A stretch of 64,000 nucleotides of DNA from Eledone cirrhosa (lineage: Eukaryota). The stretch is from positions 344,100,001 to 344,164,000 of the forward strand of contig OZ024741.1 of the NCBI GenBank assembly GCA_964016885.1. The letters are read 5' to 3'. Below the pieces are notes generated by a model, which ran no database searches, was not told where the DNA came from, and saw only the letters and a list, made by a program, of their open reading frames with translations. Positions 25,174 through 37,567 of the stretch are shown piece by piece. The position numbers and the translations under genes were made by a program. Every line of letters begins with the position of its first letter. The stretch's first letter is position 1.

Positions 25174-25311
25174 CTCTTACGCCATTGATATCAATGGTCA
25201 CCATTGATTCTCGAAGTAGTCGTATTGTCGCGTTTTATTATATTTCATTATAAGCGATAAGGAGACGAATGAGAGAATCAATGGTGACCATTGATATCAA
25301 TGGCGTAAGAG
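25174..25311. repeat. Putative parvoviral terminal hairpin
   Basis: Perfect 39-bp inverted repeat (25174-25212 / 25273-25311) containing the palindrome CCATTGATATCAATGG and reiterated CCATTGAT, around a 60-nt imperfectly self-complementary centre. Confidence 0.75.
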
Positions 25312-25391
25312 TGGGGGGGGTCTGCCATATATATGAAGAAATAGAAGGCACTAAAATGAAGAAAACAGAAAATAAATAATAAATAAAAAAT

Positions 25392-25562
25392 AAATGAAAA
25401 ATTAATGAAAAATGAAAAATGAAAAATGAAAAATGAAAAATGAAATATGAAAAATGAAATATGAAAAATGAAAAATGAAAAATGAAAAATGAAAAATGAA
25501 AAATGAAAAATGAAAAATGAAAAATGAAAAATGAAATATGAAATATGAAAATGAAAAGTGGA
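25392..25562. repeat. (ATGAAAA)n heptamer tandem repeat
   Basis: Direct inspection. Confidence 0.95.
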
Positions 25563-25945
25563 AAATAGAAGTGAAGATTCAAATAAAATAAAATGTGTGT
25601 GTGCTGTAACCAATCTCAAGGTCAGAAAGATGTTGGATAAAGTGGTATATATATATATATATTATTGAGTAAAATGACAGGAGTCTGGACTGGTTCTCTA
25701 TACGGATGACCAGTTTTATCCTGTGGTGAACCAACAAACCTAAATGAATATATATATAGTTATATTTGGGGATGGTCATGTGGTCAATATTGCCAATAGA
25801 CAGAAACACTGGAACCATATAATTTTGACGTTATCTTTATCTTTATTGCTCGATATTCATTCGTTTGTCAAATTTCTTTCGACGCACATTCTGAGACCTC
25901 TTCAATAACTCTCTGTTTTATGCCTCCTCTTTTTCCTGGCCTTAA

Positions 25946-26032
<87 letters not shown>

Positions 26033-26046
26033 TACACATATATATA

Positions 26047-26192
26047 CTAGCAGAATGGCCCGGTGTTGCTCGGGATTTGCTCTAGGGTTCTTATATATTT
26101 GATATATATTTATCCTTATCGAGCCTCGTGAAATAAATACGTTTGTTTATATTTTGCTATTGTGTATGCAAAAATATCTGTACACGAATATA

Positions 26193-26229
<37 letters not shown>

Positions 26230-26580
26230 AAATAACAGATGAAAGTTTAAGCAAAGAATCGCTGCTTTAACCCTTAACGGGATCTTCTGAAACTAAAAAA
26301 AAATCAATCTGTGAACGCAGAAAATGAATCGCTTAACGGGATCTTCTTCCTAAAAGCAGTATGAAGTACACTAAGACTAACCGATGTAATCGTTGGCTTT
26401 GTTTGTTTATATTTTGTTTTTGTGTATGTAAAAATATCTGTCAGTGATGCATGTGATTATGTAATCGCCATCCTTGTTTGTTTATATTCTGTTTTTGTGT
26501 ATACAAAAATATCTGTACACGAATATCTATATTAAAATAACATATTAAAGTTTAAGCAAAGAATCGCTGCTTTCACCTTT
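26047..26580 (-). mobile_element. Non-autonomous Helitron-like fragment (3' end)
   Basis: The minus strand ends CCCGAGCAACACCGGG hairpin + CCATTCTG-CTAG|T. Internal modules are shared with 34120-34510, 12765-12935 and 63365-63500. Confidence 0.6.
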
Positions 26581-26631
26581 AAAATGTTTAGTTTAAACGA
26601 TGTCAAATCTAAACTATAATATAATAATAAT

Positions 26632-26808
26632 AATTATTTCTATTTTAGGCACAAGGCCAACAATTATCCAGTACATTACTGGTACTTTATTTTATTGACC
26701 CCGTAAGGATGAAAGCCAAAGTTAACCTCGGCGGGATTTGAACTCAGATCATAAAGGGTTGTAACTCTATTCTTCAAAGCATGGTGTCCGACTCTCTACC
26801 GATACTAA
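26632..26808 (-). mobile_element. tRNA-SINE copy
   Basis: Matches the dominant SINE family. Confidence 0.85.
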
Positions 26809-27219
26809 TGATAAGCAACAAGTCGAAAAATTACAGACCAGAACACAGACAAAAACAAATGCAACAACAAAAGAAAAACAAATTTCAAAAGTTTGGAACG
26901 CAACAACCCCTACTTCCCTCGTAGCTAAAATCAAAAATAGCAGCAGCAGCAACAACAACACTAATAACCGATGTTACTGGCCTTGAAAAACAAGGAAGGA
27001 AAAAACAAACAAAAAAACTAAGTCAGACATTCAAACATTACAATGAAACTTATGTTTATTTTTTTAAGTTTTAATCTATTTATTTGTTTACTTATTTATG
27101 TTCGTCTACAGCGTGATGGTGCCACGCTAAAATCACCGGGGAGTGATGAAATCACTGGGGGTAATGAAATCACCGGTGGTTATGTAACCATACATTCACC
27201 AATCGTTGATATGAGTGTT

Positions 27220-29350
27220 TAAATGTCGAACCTAAACAGTTCGAATAACGGTGAAAAGGAGACTGGAACGTTATGTGACAGACTCTCACTCAGCAAGTGC
27301 TCCCTGGCCCAGCAGCAGGGACCTGGCTGTCAACCAAATACTGCTGGTGTTGGAGGAAGAAGAAGAAGGAAAGGGACAAGAACCAATTGAATAGAACTGT
27401 TATGCAATGTTACCTGAAGAGTAACGCCATGGAAAATGTCTATAGGAAACGGATGCATAACATCTGGAACGAGATTGGTCTATTTAAATTAGATGAACAG
27501 AAATTGGCCGGGCAGGCTCGGGTAATAAGAACTAATGGGTGGATAAGCGAGCTGGAACTGGAGGAACTGAGCAGAGAGATTAGGTTGGAAATGGAGAGTG
27601 GAGTATACCAGGCAAACGAGCCAGTGGAAAATGAAGGTGAAGAGGTTGAAAGAACGGAGGAAGCATCCGAAGCAGACAATGATCTGAATGCTGAAATAAA
27701 TAATACCTGGAACAGAGATACGGCCATTGAGGAGATGAATGCTGACGGGCTAGGACAAGATTTGGTTGATATCCTAAACTTAGTGGTAGATGAAATGAAC
27801 AATGATAGTGGAAAACCTATGAACCTAAGATTTGTAGACAGAAAAAAGTTAAAAGAAACAACAGCTAAGGTAAACAAAGTCATCTCATACCTTGAGACGA
27901 GGAACCTTCACCAATGCAACAATATCCTCAAAGCAACAGCAAATGCGGTGAGGAAATTACTTGGCATAAAAATGAGAGGAAACAACAAACAAGAAAGATC
28001 AGAATCTTGGTGGAAGAAACGACTGAATGGTCAAATCAAAGAAATGAGAAAAGACATTGGAAAGCTTGAGTCCCTACTGAATGGGACATTACAAAACATA
28101 GACACTAAAACTAGATTGGAAATAAAGTACAAAACTAGGGGGAAAAAAGATAAATATTATCATAGAGGAACTGAAGCAACGCATTGTAGCAAAAAGTGCA
28201 AAGATTAGGCGGTATGAGAGCAGAGTCAGTCAGTATAGACAGAGCCGCATGTTTGACAACAACCAGAAGATGTTGTTTGGACAGCTTGAAAGAAAAAGAA
28301 GAGGCAACGATTTGATCCTTGAGGCGGAACAAACTAAGACATTCTGGAGAGGAATATAGGAGCAGGATGTTGAACATAATAGTCAGGCAGTGTGGATTGA
28401 GACGGTACAAAATGAGATTAGTGAACAAGCACACCAACAAACTGATTTGAGTATCACAGTTGAAACTCTTAAAGGGCAGGCCAAAAAACTAACCAACTGG
28501 AAATCACCCGGCCCAGATGGTGTGCATTAGATTAAAAACATAACATCCCTCCACCCGAAACTGACAACCATGTTCAATGACTGCTTGATGTCGGGTGAGG
28601 TACCAGCGAGGTTGACAAAAGGTACCACAGTTCTGGTAATGAAAGACCGAATCAAGGGTAATGATGTTACCAACTACAGAACTATCACATGTCTGTCCGT
28701 AATGGGGAAACTGTTAACAAGCATTGTGTCTGAGGAAATCTACCATCACCTCCACATAAAGTTGTTACCAGACGAACAGAAAAGATGCCGAAAGAAGTCC
28801 CGTCGTACAAAAGACCAGTTACTTATTGATAAGATGGTAATGAGGAATTGCAAGAGAAGCCACACGGTTCTGGCCATGGGGTGGATAGATTACAAAAAGG
28901 CATTCGACATGGTACCTCATTCTTTGATAACCAAAAGCCTAGAGATCTTCAAGGTGGCAGATAACATCAGACAGTTGTTGAACAAAAGTATGAAGTCCTG
29001 GGAAACAGAATTAACATCGGGTGGAGAATCCTTGGGAGGCGTGAAGATCAAGAGAGGTATCTTCCGGGGAGATAGTTTGTCCCCTTTGCTGTTTGTCCTT
29101 GCCCTGATACCCCTGACCATTATATTGCGAAAAGTGAGAGCAGGATACAAGTTGGGAAAAGGAGAGCTTACCATCAACCACCTCCTCTTCATGGACGATC
29201 TTAAACTCTTTGGGAAGAGTGAGAAGGAGTTGGATGTACTTGTTGACACTGTCCGTATTTTCAGCAAACATATATGTATGGAATTTGGTATTAATAGGTG
29301 TGGAGTCCTAATGATGAAGAGGGGTAAATTGAATAAAGTTGAGTGTCAGG
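27220..29350 (+). mobile_element. R4/Dong-like non-LTR retrotransposon, 3'-truncated, disrupted ORF
   Basis: N-terminal YRKRMHNIW...EQKLAGQARVI. RT motifs YRTITCL, KDQLLID, WIDYKKAFDMVPH, GIFRGDSLSPLLF, NHLLFMDDLKLF. Stops and frameshifts at about 28140-28530. Confidence 0.88.
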
Positions 29351-29559
29351 GATCGTAATTTTCATCGTACATACACACCAACATGCATACACACATACAC
29401 ACAAAAATAGGCAGATGCATATATATATATGAAATAAAGGAAAAGAATGACTTCACTTGTAGTGTTAAATAATTTTATTTAATTTTATAATATTATAATA
29501 TTATAAAATTAAATAAAATTACTTAACACTACAAGTGAAGTCACTCTTTTCCTTTTTTT

Positions 29560-29615
<56 letters not shown>

Positions 29616-29700
29616 TGTGCCTATTTTTGTGTGTATGTGTGTATGCATGTTGGTGTGTATGTACGATGAAAATTACGATCCCTGACACTCGACTTTATTC
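29331..29700. repeat. ~370-bp palindrome at the truncated LINE end, with an inner palindrome at 29431-29560
   Basis: GAATAAAGTTGAGTGTCAGGGATCG... is mirrored by ...CGATCCCTGACACTCGACTTTATTC. Centre TATAATATTATAATATTATA. Confidence 0.92.
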
Positions 29701-30147
29701 ACAAGTTCAAATCAGCTTGTAAGTAGATGAAAAAAATAATTAAACGATGAATGACTGTCAGATTATTTGCTGTGTGGAGAAGAACCCTAACTTTTCGGAA
29801 AAGTGGCCATTATCAAATAGAAGTAATATAGTGACTAATAACACGGCTGAAATTTCCTTTTCTAACGATTTTACTTTATTCATAAGATGAGAAACATTAA
29901 AGTTTTAGTTTAAATATTTATATGACTTTTACTGTGGTGTGGAAATTATTAATAATTATACAAGTCATTAAATTTAGCAATAAGTCTGCAATAAGCGAGA
30001 TATCCAGTTATGATTACTAATTAGTAAGTTATTTAATATTTCTATCATTGTTGTTGATGTCTTCTTCTTCTTCTTCTTCTTCTTCTTCTTCTTCTTCTTC
30101 TTCTTCTTCTTCTTCTTCTTCTTCTTCTTCTATTATCATCATCATCA

Positions 30148-30350
30148 TTGAATTGGCAGTGTCGGTAGAGCGTCGGGCAAGTGCTTCACGGCATAGAATT
30201 ACGGCCCTTTGCGTGCTGAATTCAAATCCTGTCGATGTTAGCTTTGACTTTCACCCTTCGATAAAATAAAGTAACAGTCACGCACTGGCGTCGAATTAAT
30301 CGACTCCCCCTCCCAAATAATTGCTGGCCTTGTGCCTATATAAGAAGCCA
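30148..30350 (+). mobile_element. tRNA-SINE copy (diverged)
   Basis: Matches the dominant SINE family. Confidence 0.75.
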
Positions 30351-30351
30351 T

Positions 30352-30512
30352 TAGCCAGGAAGAGCCGGCAATTTTTTCTGTCTGGTGGCCATGGTGAAAG
30401 AGATCGTGTGGTGGATGCGATTGAAAAGGCTGAAGATGAGCACTTACCTCATCGGTAATGCTTTGATTAACTTTTTCAAATTTCATTTGAAAAGGAAAAT
30501 CAGGGTAGAGAG
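30352..30512 (+). mobile_element. Short 3' ORF2 fragment of a Tx1-like LINE related to 49270-55090
   Basis: FFCLVAMVKEIVWWMRLK...LINFFKFHLKRKIRVER resembles FLCVIAMLKEVVWWTRLK...LVYFFRYHFGRRIRMER. Confidence 0.7.
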
Positions 30513-30641
30513 GAAAAAAGGAAAAGAATGACTTCACTTGTAGTGTTAAATAATTTGATTTAATTTTATAATATTATAATATTATAAAATTAAATCAAAT
30601 TATTTAACACTACAAGTGAAGTCATTCTTTTCCCTTTTTTC
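30513..30641. repeat. Spacer-less palindrome, paralog of 29431-29560
   Basis: Centre at 30576/30577, arms AAAAGAATGACTTCACTTGTAGTGTTAAAT. Confidence 0.92.
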
Positions 30642-30698
30642 AAATATACCTAACTGTATCAAGGATCTCACACATTTTCCAATATATATACATACACA

Positions 30699-31273
30699 CA
30701 GGGTGTTTCCAAAAGAATAACCCAATTTTAAACAGCTATAATTATTACAAAAAACGCTTTACAGTAATGGGAATGCAGGCTCAGACAATTTCATATTCCA
30801 GCAAGACGGAGCACCGCCACACTGGCACAGAGAAGTGCGGGGTTTCCTCAATGGAACCCTTCCACAACGCTAGATAGGGGGTGCGGGATTTCGAGACAAG
30901 GCCTTACACTCTTATCCTCCGAGATCTCCAGACATGACACATGACACCCTGCGACTTCTTTTTGTGGGGGATACGTTAAGGAACGTGTTTTTGTTCCACC
31001 ATTAGCTAGCAATCTCGATGAGCTTAAAGGCAGGAAAGTAGCAGCAGTAGTAGCTTCAATCGAAGAAGATACCGTGCGACGTGTGTGGGGACGAATTCAG
31101 TTATCGTCTAATGTCGTCCGTGTAGCTAGTGGAGGACCTATTGGGCATTTGTGATAATGCTTTTGAAATCGTATGCCTTTGTTAGTATTTTGAACTTTGT
31201 TCCATTACTGTAAAGCGTTTTTTGTAATAAATATAGCTGTTTAAAATTGGGTAATTCTTTTTGAAACACCCTA
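30699..31273 (+). mobile_element. Internally deleted Tc1/mariner (maT/DD37D-like) element
   Basis: TIRs of about 72 bp starting CAGGGTG. Internal FQQDGAPPHW, PPRSPDMT, PCDFFLWG, YVKERVF. Confidence 0.9.
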
Positions 31274-31306
31274 TATATATATATGTGTGTGTGTGTGTAT
31301 GTATGC

Positions 31307-31338
<32 letters not shown>

Positions 31339-32221
31339 ATGTATATACATACCGAGAGCGAGGGGTTGGGAAAACAGTTTTATCATCCATCCGTATTTTA
31401 ACGAAAAACATAAATTTTTCTGACTCTCCACTCACTAAACTCACGAAATTACATTTCACTTTCATCTTTCCGATGTCAATAAAATAAAGTACCAGTCAAA
31501 TATTGAGTCGATATAATCAATCCACCCCCATCCCCTGCCAAAACTGTTGCTGGCTTTTGGCCAAAATTATAAACCATTATCACTCAAAGAATGAAGCAAA
31601 CCTATATTTAAATTGAATCAAAACCCGCTCGACAGACTAGGCAACCTAAGAGCATACTTAATGCTCAACAATGCGCTTTTGACAGGGTAATGCTTCCAGT
31701 GGATATCACTGTAAATAATTGTTTCTACTTTTGGCACAAGGCCAACAATTATTCCAGTGCATTACTGGTACTTTATTCTATCGACCCTGTAAGGATGAAA
31801 AGCAAAGTTAACCTCGGTCGTGACGCATGGGAAAGTTGAACCTTGCTGACATTTTAGGCAGATGCTAATGTTGGAAGTAATGCCTTACATATTCATATGG
31901 CTCAATCTACATATTATATCACAAATTAAGGGTTTAGCAGAATCCTTATCTGTTTTTAATTATCAGGTATATTATATCAGTCCCTTGATCCTGAATAATA
32001 AAGGTGTATGCTTCTATGTGAGATATGACGTACCCTAAAGAGGTGCATGCAAGTCTAATTTTCCAAACAATGCAATTGGGATAATTTTACCTTTCATCCT
32101 TATGGGTCGATAAAATAAAGTACCAGTAACACACTGGGATCGATTAAATCAACTTTTCCCTCCCAAAAAATTGTTTTTCTTGAACCTAAATCAAAAACCA
32201 TAATTTGAACATGTAAGTGTG

Positions 32222-33121
32222 TGGTGGATTGACAGTATTGGTATAGAGTCTAATTACATGTTTTGTAGCATATAGTTACGGCCCTTTACGTTCTGAGGTC
32301 ATCCTTACCGGGTCAATAAAATAAAGTACCAGTCATACACTCTGCTTGATTTAATCGATTTCCTCCCCTCCCTGTAAATTGCTGGCCTTGTGCCAAAAAG
32401 TAGAAAAAATTATTTAACCATTCGTATTATGTACCCACCCATACATGACTTTCTGCTGGTATGATGACTGTTTTTTTATTCAAGCCTCTTTTTCAGTAAT
32501 TTAACCCAGCTCTGTTTTCTGAAGAATACTGAGCCACTTGTTGATGATATAAGTAAGTAGTTTTCTTAATCGAACAACTGATATACTCATCGTAATATCT
32601 GACGAAGGTTCATTTACTTAATTTGACACAGACACAGTAATTTGATTTCTAGCCAACATTAAATCCTCTAGGCAGTCTCTCACCCTGCTAGAAATAGCTG
32701 ACAAATCTTCATTTCACACTGTCACCTTATAAAAAGAAAGAGGTATTAAGATAATGGTTTCTACTTTTGGCACAAGGCCAGCAATTATTCCAGTGCATTA
32801 CTAGTACTTTATCAACGCCGTAAGGATGAAAGGCAATGTTAACCTCGGCGGGATTTGAACTCAGAACGTAAAGGATAATAACTCTATACTGCAAAGCATG
32901 GCGTCCGACCCTCTGCCGATACTGCCAATTCACCGCTAAAGAGATATTAATATAATTGTTTCTACTTTTGGCACAAGGCCATCAATTACCCCAGTGTATT
33001 ACTGGTACTTTATTTTATCGACCCTGTAAGGATGAAAGGCAAAGTTAACCTTGGCGGGATTTGAACTCAAACCGTATAGGCAAAGCATGGTGTCCGACCT
33101 TCTACCGATACTGCCAATCCC
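32222..33121. mobile_element. Cluster of tRNA-SINE copies (32222-32413 +, 32753-32936 -, 32953-33121 -)
   Basis: Each matches the dominant SINE family. Partial copies also at about 31717-31817 and 32085-32200. Confidence 0.85.
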
Positions 33122-33292
33122 TTTACCTGGAACGGCTTTGATAATACGTCACCTTGATAAGGATTGACTTAGTGTTAGACAAACACAACCAATTTGGATG
33201 AATGTGTAAAAGGATGGAAAATTAGGAACAGTTGTTCTTGCTATATTATTTGTTGTTGTTGCTGCTGCTTTTTTTGTTGTTTAATGCTAGAT

Positions 33293-35095
33293 CATAATTT
33301 CTCAAAGTGGGCGCTACCGCCCCCCCCTCCCCTCCAGGGGTCACTGGGCCTAAGGGAGCGGTGGAGGAGCAGTAGAGATGATATAATAGTATATTAAATA
33401 TCAAATGATACATATATAAATATAGTAAAATAAAAAATATACACTTATACATAGTATATATTATATCATCAATTATATATAAATTAACGCTTTTATTTAT
33501 TACTATATGGCCCGTCCGGCTGGCGTCCGGCTAGGTATACCGGCATTTTATCTTTTCAGGATTCCCGCCTCCACTCCAGTGCAAAGATACCGCACGCCTT
33601 GTCAAGTCAACGAGGGTGGGGGAGAGAGTTAACGTGCTCTGTGGCTGGGTTTGAATAGTTTTTAGGATTCCCCAGTTCAGCAGCCAGTACGTTAAAGAAA
33701 ATGATAGTTACAAGAATAAAGGCTGAAAAGAGAACACATTTTTTAACAAACTTTACAATAATTTGTACAACCATAATGGAAATTCCAAGTAACAGAAAAT
33801 ACATAAATTACATTGTTAGAGCCTCAGAGTATACAATATTTTTTGTTCGGCCTTCGGGGAGCAAAGATGAAGAGATTGTTTGGCGAGCTAACCCTAGAGC
33901 ATCCTACATACTACTGACCATGGGAGAAGCATGGTTTTCCCAGATGAAGGCCAGCCACTTTTAAGGTTTGACCCTGAGCTTTGTTGATGGTAATCGCAAA
34001 ACTTAGTCTCTCTGTTGCTCTAGTAACATATTTTCTTCTGGAAAATGTGATCTTGCGGCCAGGCTGGGACTTTTTGGGTGGTATATCGGCAATAACAATG
34101 ACGATAAGCCGTCTGTGCTTTCGGGAAATAAATACGTTTGTTTACATTTTGTTTTTGTGTATCCAAAAATATCTCTACACGAATATATAATTATATATAT
34201 ATATATTAAAATAACAGATTAAAGTTTAAGCCAAGAATCGCTGCTTTCACGTTTAACGGGATCTTCTGAAACTAAAAAAATCAATCTGTGAACGCAGAAG
34301 TAAATACTTCGAAAAACGTTGCAGCCGAAGGAAAACAGGAAGATGATACTTTGGTTCGTGAAGACGTTCCCTGGCAATGAACGGGAAAAAGCGAAGATAA
34401 TACGTCAGCAATGAGAACAATATTTGCTCTAGGTTTCTTATATATTTGATATATATTTATCCTTATCGAGCCCTCTTTGGATTTTAGTCTTGACATTTAT
34501 TATTATTACTAATTATATATATGTATATATATAATTAATTATTGATAGAGCGTGCGGTATCTTTGCACTGAATTAATTAAAAGTTGGTTAGAAGCAAAGT
34601 CAATGCACACAGGCAGCCAGACAGACAGATATTATAAGAGTGTGACGTTATAGCTATTTATCTAATGCAGACAGCCAGATATACAGAGACATTATAAGGG
34701 CTCGGCGTTATAGCTATGTATCTATCTAAAAAGACAGACTAAGAAAGAGAGAGGAATGTCGTATAACCAGAAGTGTTAACATTTGAAAATTTTAAAGAAG
34801 TGAATATTTAAATAAACGATAAAATATCTTTTTAATCTTTTAACGAAATTTAGAAGATAAAAATAGCCTCACTTTCTTACTTGGAAAAAGTTACATCTAT
34901 GGTGCAAATTTGATGCTTTTTAATCCAGCCGTTTGGCGAAAAGTTTGTTACATACATACGGCCGTCAGCTTTATAATATAGAAATATTATTTACAATTTG
35001 TGTGTAGACAGGTCTCTCTGGAAATAGAGGTGAGGGCGCTGAGGGTATTACGTGGCGGTGAGGGGGCGGTGACCCAAAACGTTTGAGAACCTTTG
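33293..35095. mobile_element. Old non-autonomous hAT (Charlie-like) element interrupted by a Helitron
   Basis: Degenerate TIRs CATAATTTCTCAAA / TTTGAGAACCTTTG, candidate 8-bp TSD TGCTAGAT/GACTAGAT, and GC-rich subterminal ACCGCCCCC / GGGGGCGGT. Confidence 0.55.
33503..34982 (-). mobile_element. Non-autonomous Helitron-like element
   Basis: The minus strand starts TCTATATTATAAAGCTGA...GTATGTATG and ends in a GC-rich hairpin plus degenerate ATAG|T. Internal modules are shared with 26047-26580. Confidence 0.55.
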
Positions 35096-35789
35096 GACTA
35101 GATCAACGCTAAACGAGATCTATGTTCAAATGCAATCCAACAGTGACCTCCCAGATTTTTGATGGGGGTTAATGTGTATGTCATTTTCAAGCGGGTAGCG
35201 TGTATTTTTAGGTACATTTCGCTGCTATTTCTAGAAAAGCAGGAATATCTCAACGTGACGATTCCATCTACCACAAATATGAGCTAATTCAGCATCAAAA
35301 CAGCACACGCTCGATAATATGGTATAGGGAAAAAAGACGAGTTGGTCATGACTGGAGTGTCTTTGACACTATTCCTTCTGACATGGGGATAAACAACTAC
35401 AACAACAGTAACAAACAGATACAAATATATAGCAACTATGATAAGGCAGAACATGACTGCTTTTCAGCCTGGGAGAGGTTTCCAAATATTCATGAGGTTA
35501 AGAAGTTGTTTTTTCTTTGAGAGTTGTAAGATAATCAGGTACGCATACATGGGTCTCCAAGCTATGGAACGATGTACCAGCTGAACTTTACCATATATAG
35601 GACCTGGTAAAGATTACGTTGTATAATATATTCTTGCAGCTATGGTGCGTGGCCTAGTATTTAAGTTGTTGGACATACCTACATAATGTCGAAGGTTCGA
35701 TTCCTTGACTTGGTTGTGTTCTTGAACAAAACACTTCATTTAAAGTTGCTGCAACAAACGTATCTCGAAGTGAATACCCGCAATAATAC

Positions 35790-36110
35790 CCCGGCATCGC
35801 AGATGAACATAAAATAAACAAATACCGAGATTTGTCCGGTCGCTTCCTCTTCACACCCGTCGCCATCGAGACCTCAGGCGAACTTGGACCCCGTTCCGCC
35901 GACTCCTCCACAAGATCGGAGTATCAGCGGCCCGTCTGAGGAGGGAGCCCCGTGAGGTTGGGTGGCTGTTGCAACAGGAATGCTTTTGCCGACTTGTCCG
36001 TGGGGCACAGCACTTCTGCCCTCTTGCTCTAAGCCCAAGGCCCAATCATCCTCCCCCTTCACACCTCCCTTTCTTCTGCGTCACCAGAGCTCTTGCCATC
36101 CCCTCCTCTT
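35790..36110 (+). mobile_element. CRE-like non-LTR element 3' fragment
   Basis: ADEHKINKYRDLSGRFLFTPVAIETSGELGPRS, homologous to the 16895-17175 fragment. Confidence 0.72.
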
Positions 36111-36225
36111 CCCGTTCCTTTTCTTCTCTCTCTCTCTCTTTTTTCTCTATATTTCCCTACTCTTTCTTTCCTTTTGTTTCCCTTTTTTTTTCATTATTGC
36201 CGTCATTATAGTTGTCATTATTATT

Positions 36226-36580
36226 TGAGTTCTAATCCCGCTGAGGTTAACTTTGCCTTTCATCCTTACGGAGTCGATAAAATAAAGCACTAGTAATGCA
36301 GTGGGGTCGATTTAATCGACCCCCCCCCCCCCCCCAAAAAAAAAAAATTGCTGGCCTTGTGCCTATATAAGAAACCATTGGCAGTGGATTGGCGGTGGAT
36401 TGGCAGTATCGGTAGAGGGTCGGACGCCATGCTTTCCACCATAGTTACGTCCCTTTACGATCTGAGTTCAAATCCCGCCGAGGTTAACTTTGCCTTTCAT
36501 CCTTATGGGGTCGATAAAATAAAGTACCAGTAATGCACTGGGTAATTGCTGGCCTTGTGCCAAAAGTAGAAACAATTATT
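36226..36580 (+). mobile_element. Two tandem tRNA-SINE copies (partial 36226-36380, full 36391-36580)
   Basis: Clear A and B boxes and core. Confidence 0.88.
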
Positions 36581-37309
36581 ATTATTGTTACCATTAGAAA
36601 ATAAAATTCATTGGAGAGTTAGGAAGGAATATATTAGGTTAACGCTTGAAATAGCAGCAAGAGGGTCTTAACGTTTCGGACGCTAGTCTTTTATCAGATC
36701 AAAGAATGAGAAATAAGATAGATTGAAGAGACGGGCGGAGTGGAATTGGAAAAAAATGTATTTAGATAAAAATAACAGGTCCATTCATGTTGACATCTCT
36801 TAGAGTGTTGTAATTTGCTTCAAGCATTGTGCGTTAAGTGTAAGAAGGTATGTAATTCGAAGGCTGCGACAGAACAAAAGATGTGGTACTATTTAAGATA
36901 AAAGAAGGCAACAAAGAAGCTCTGTGCTACCTGTTCTCTATTCAAATACGACCTTAATTTTGGAGATAAAATCCCTTATCTAAGATGTACATTTTGCGGG
37001 AAGAAGAATTGGCTGCTATTTATTACAGGTAACCAAACAACGTGGGTCCCTTCGTTGATTCAGAAAGATAGTATTTGTATTTAGAAGGGGTCACATTTAT
37101 CCTTACCAACGTTTTCCATATCTCAATGCTATATATACCGCTCGAACTTATAACCAGTGCATTGAGAATATATATAATTTGATAATAACACCTTTATAAC
37201 GCTTGTTCAAAGTAGAGACATGGTAATATGGTTCGTTAATAATGTGTTTATATTCATACATACATGCATATAGATATAATAGACCTATATATAGACAGAA
37301 ATATAATTG

Positions 37310-37351
<42 letters not shown>

Positions 37352-37536
37352 ATCTGTTTGTATAGTCAGATATATAAATATTATATCGGTGTGTGCCTAT
37401 GTATATATATCTATATATGCATACATGTATGTGTATGTATGTAGGTATTTATGTATGTTTGTATGTATGCATGCATGCATGCAGGTACGTATGTATATAT
37501 GTATGCATGTATGTGTGTAGAAGTACGTGTACGTAA

Positions 37537-37567
<31 letters not shown>

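Noticed and set aside
25312-27200. Right hAT TIR or parvoviral NS1 beyond the hairpin
   Set aside because: No GCTACGCCACTG-like terminus and no HUH or Walker motifs were seen.
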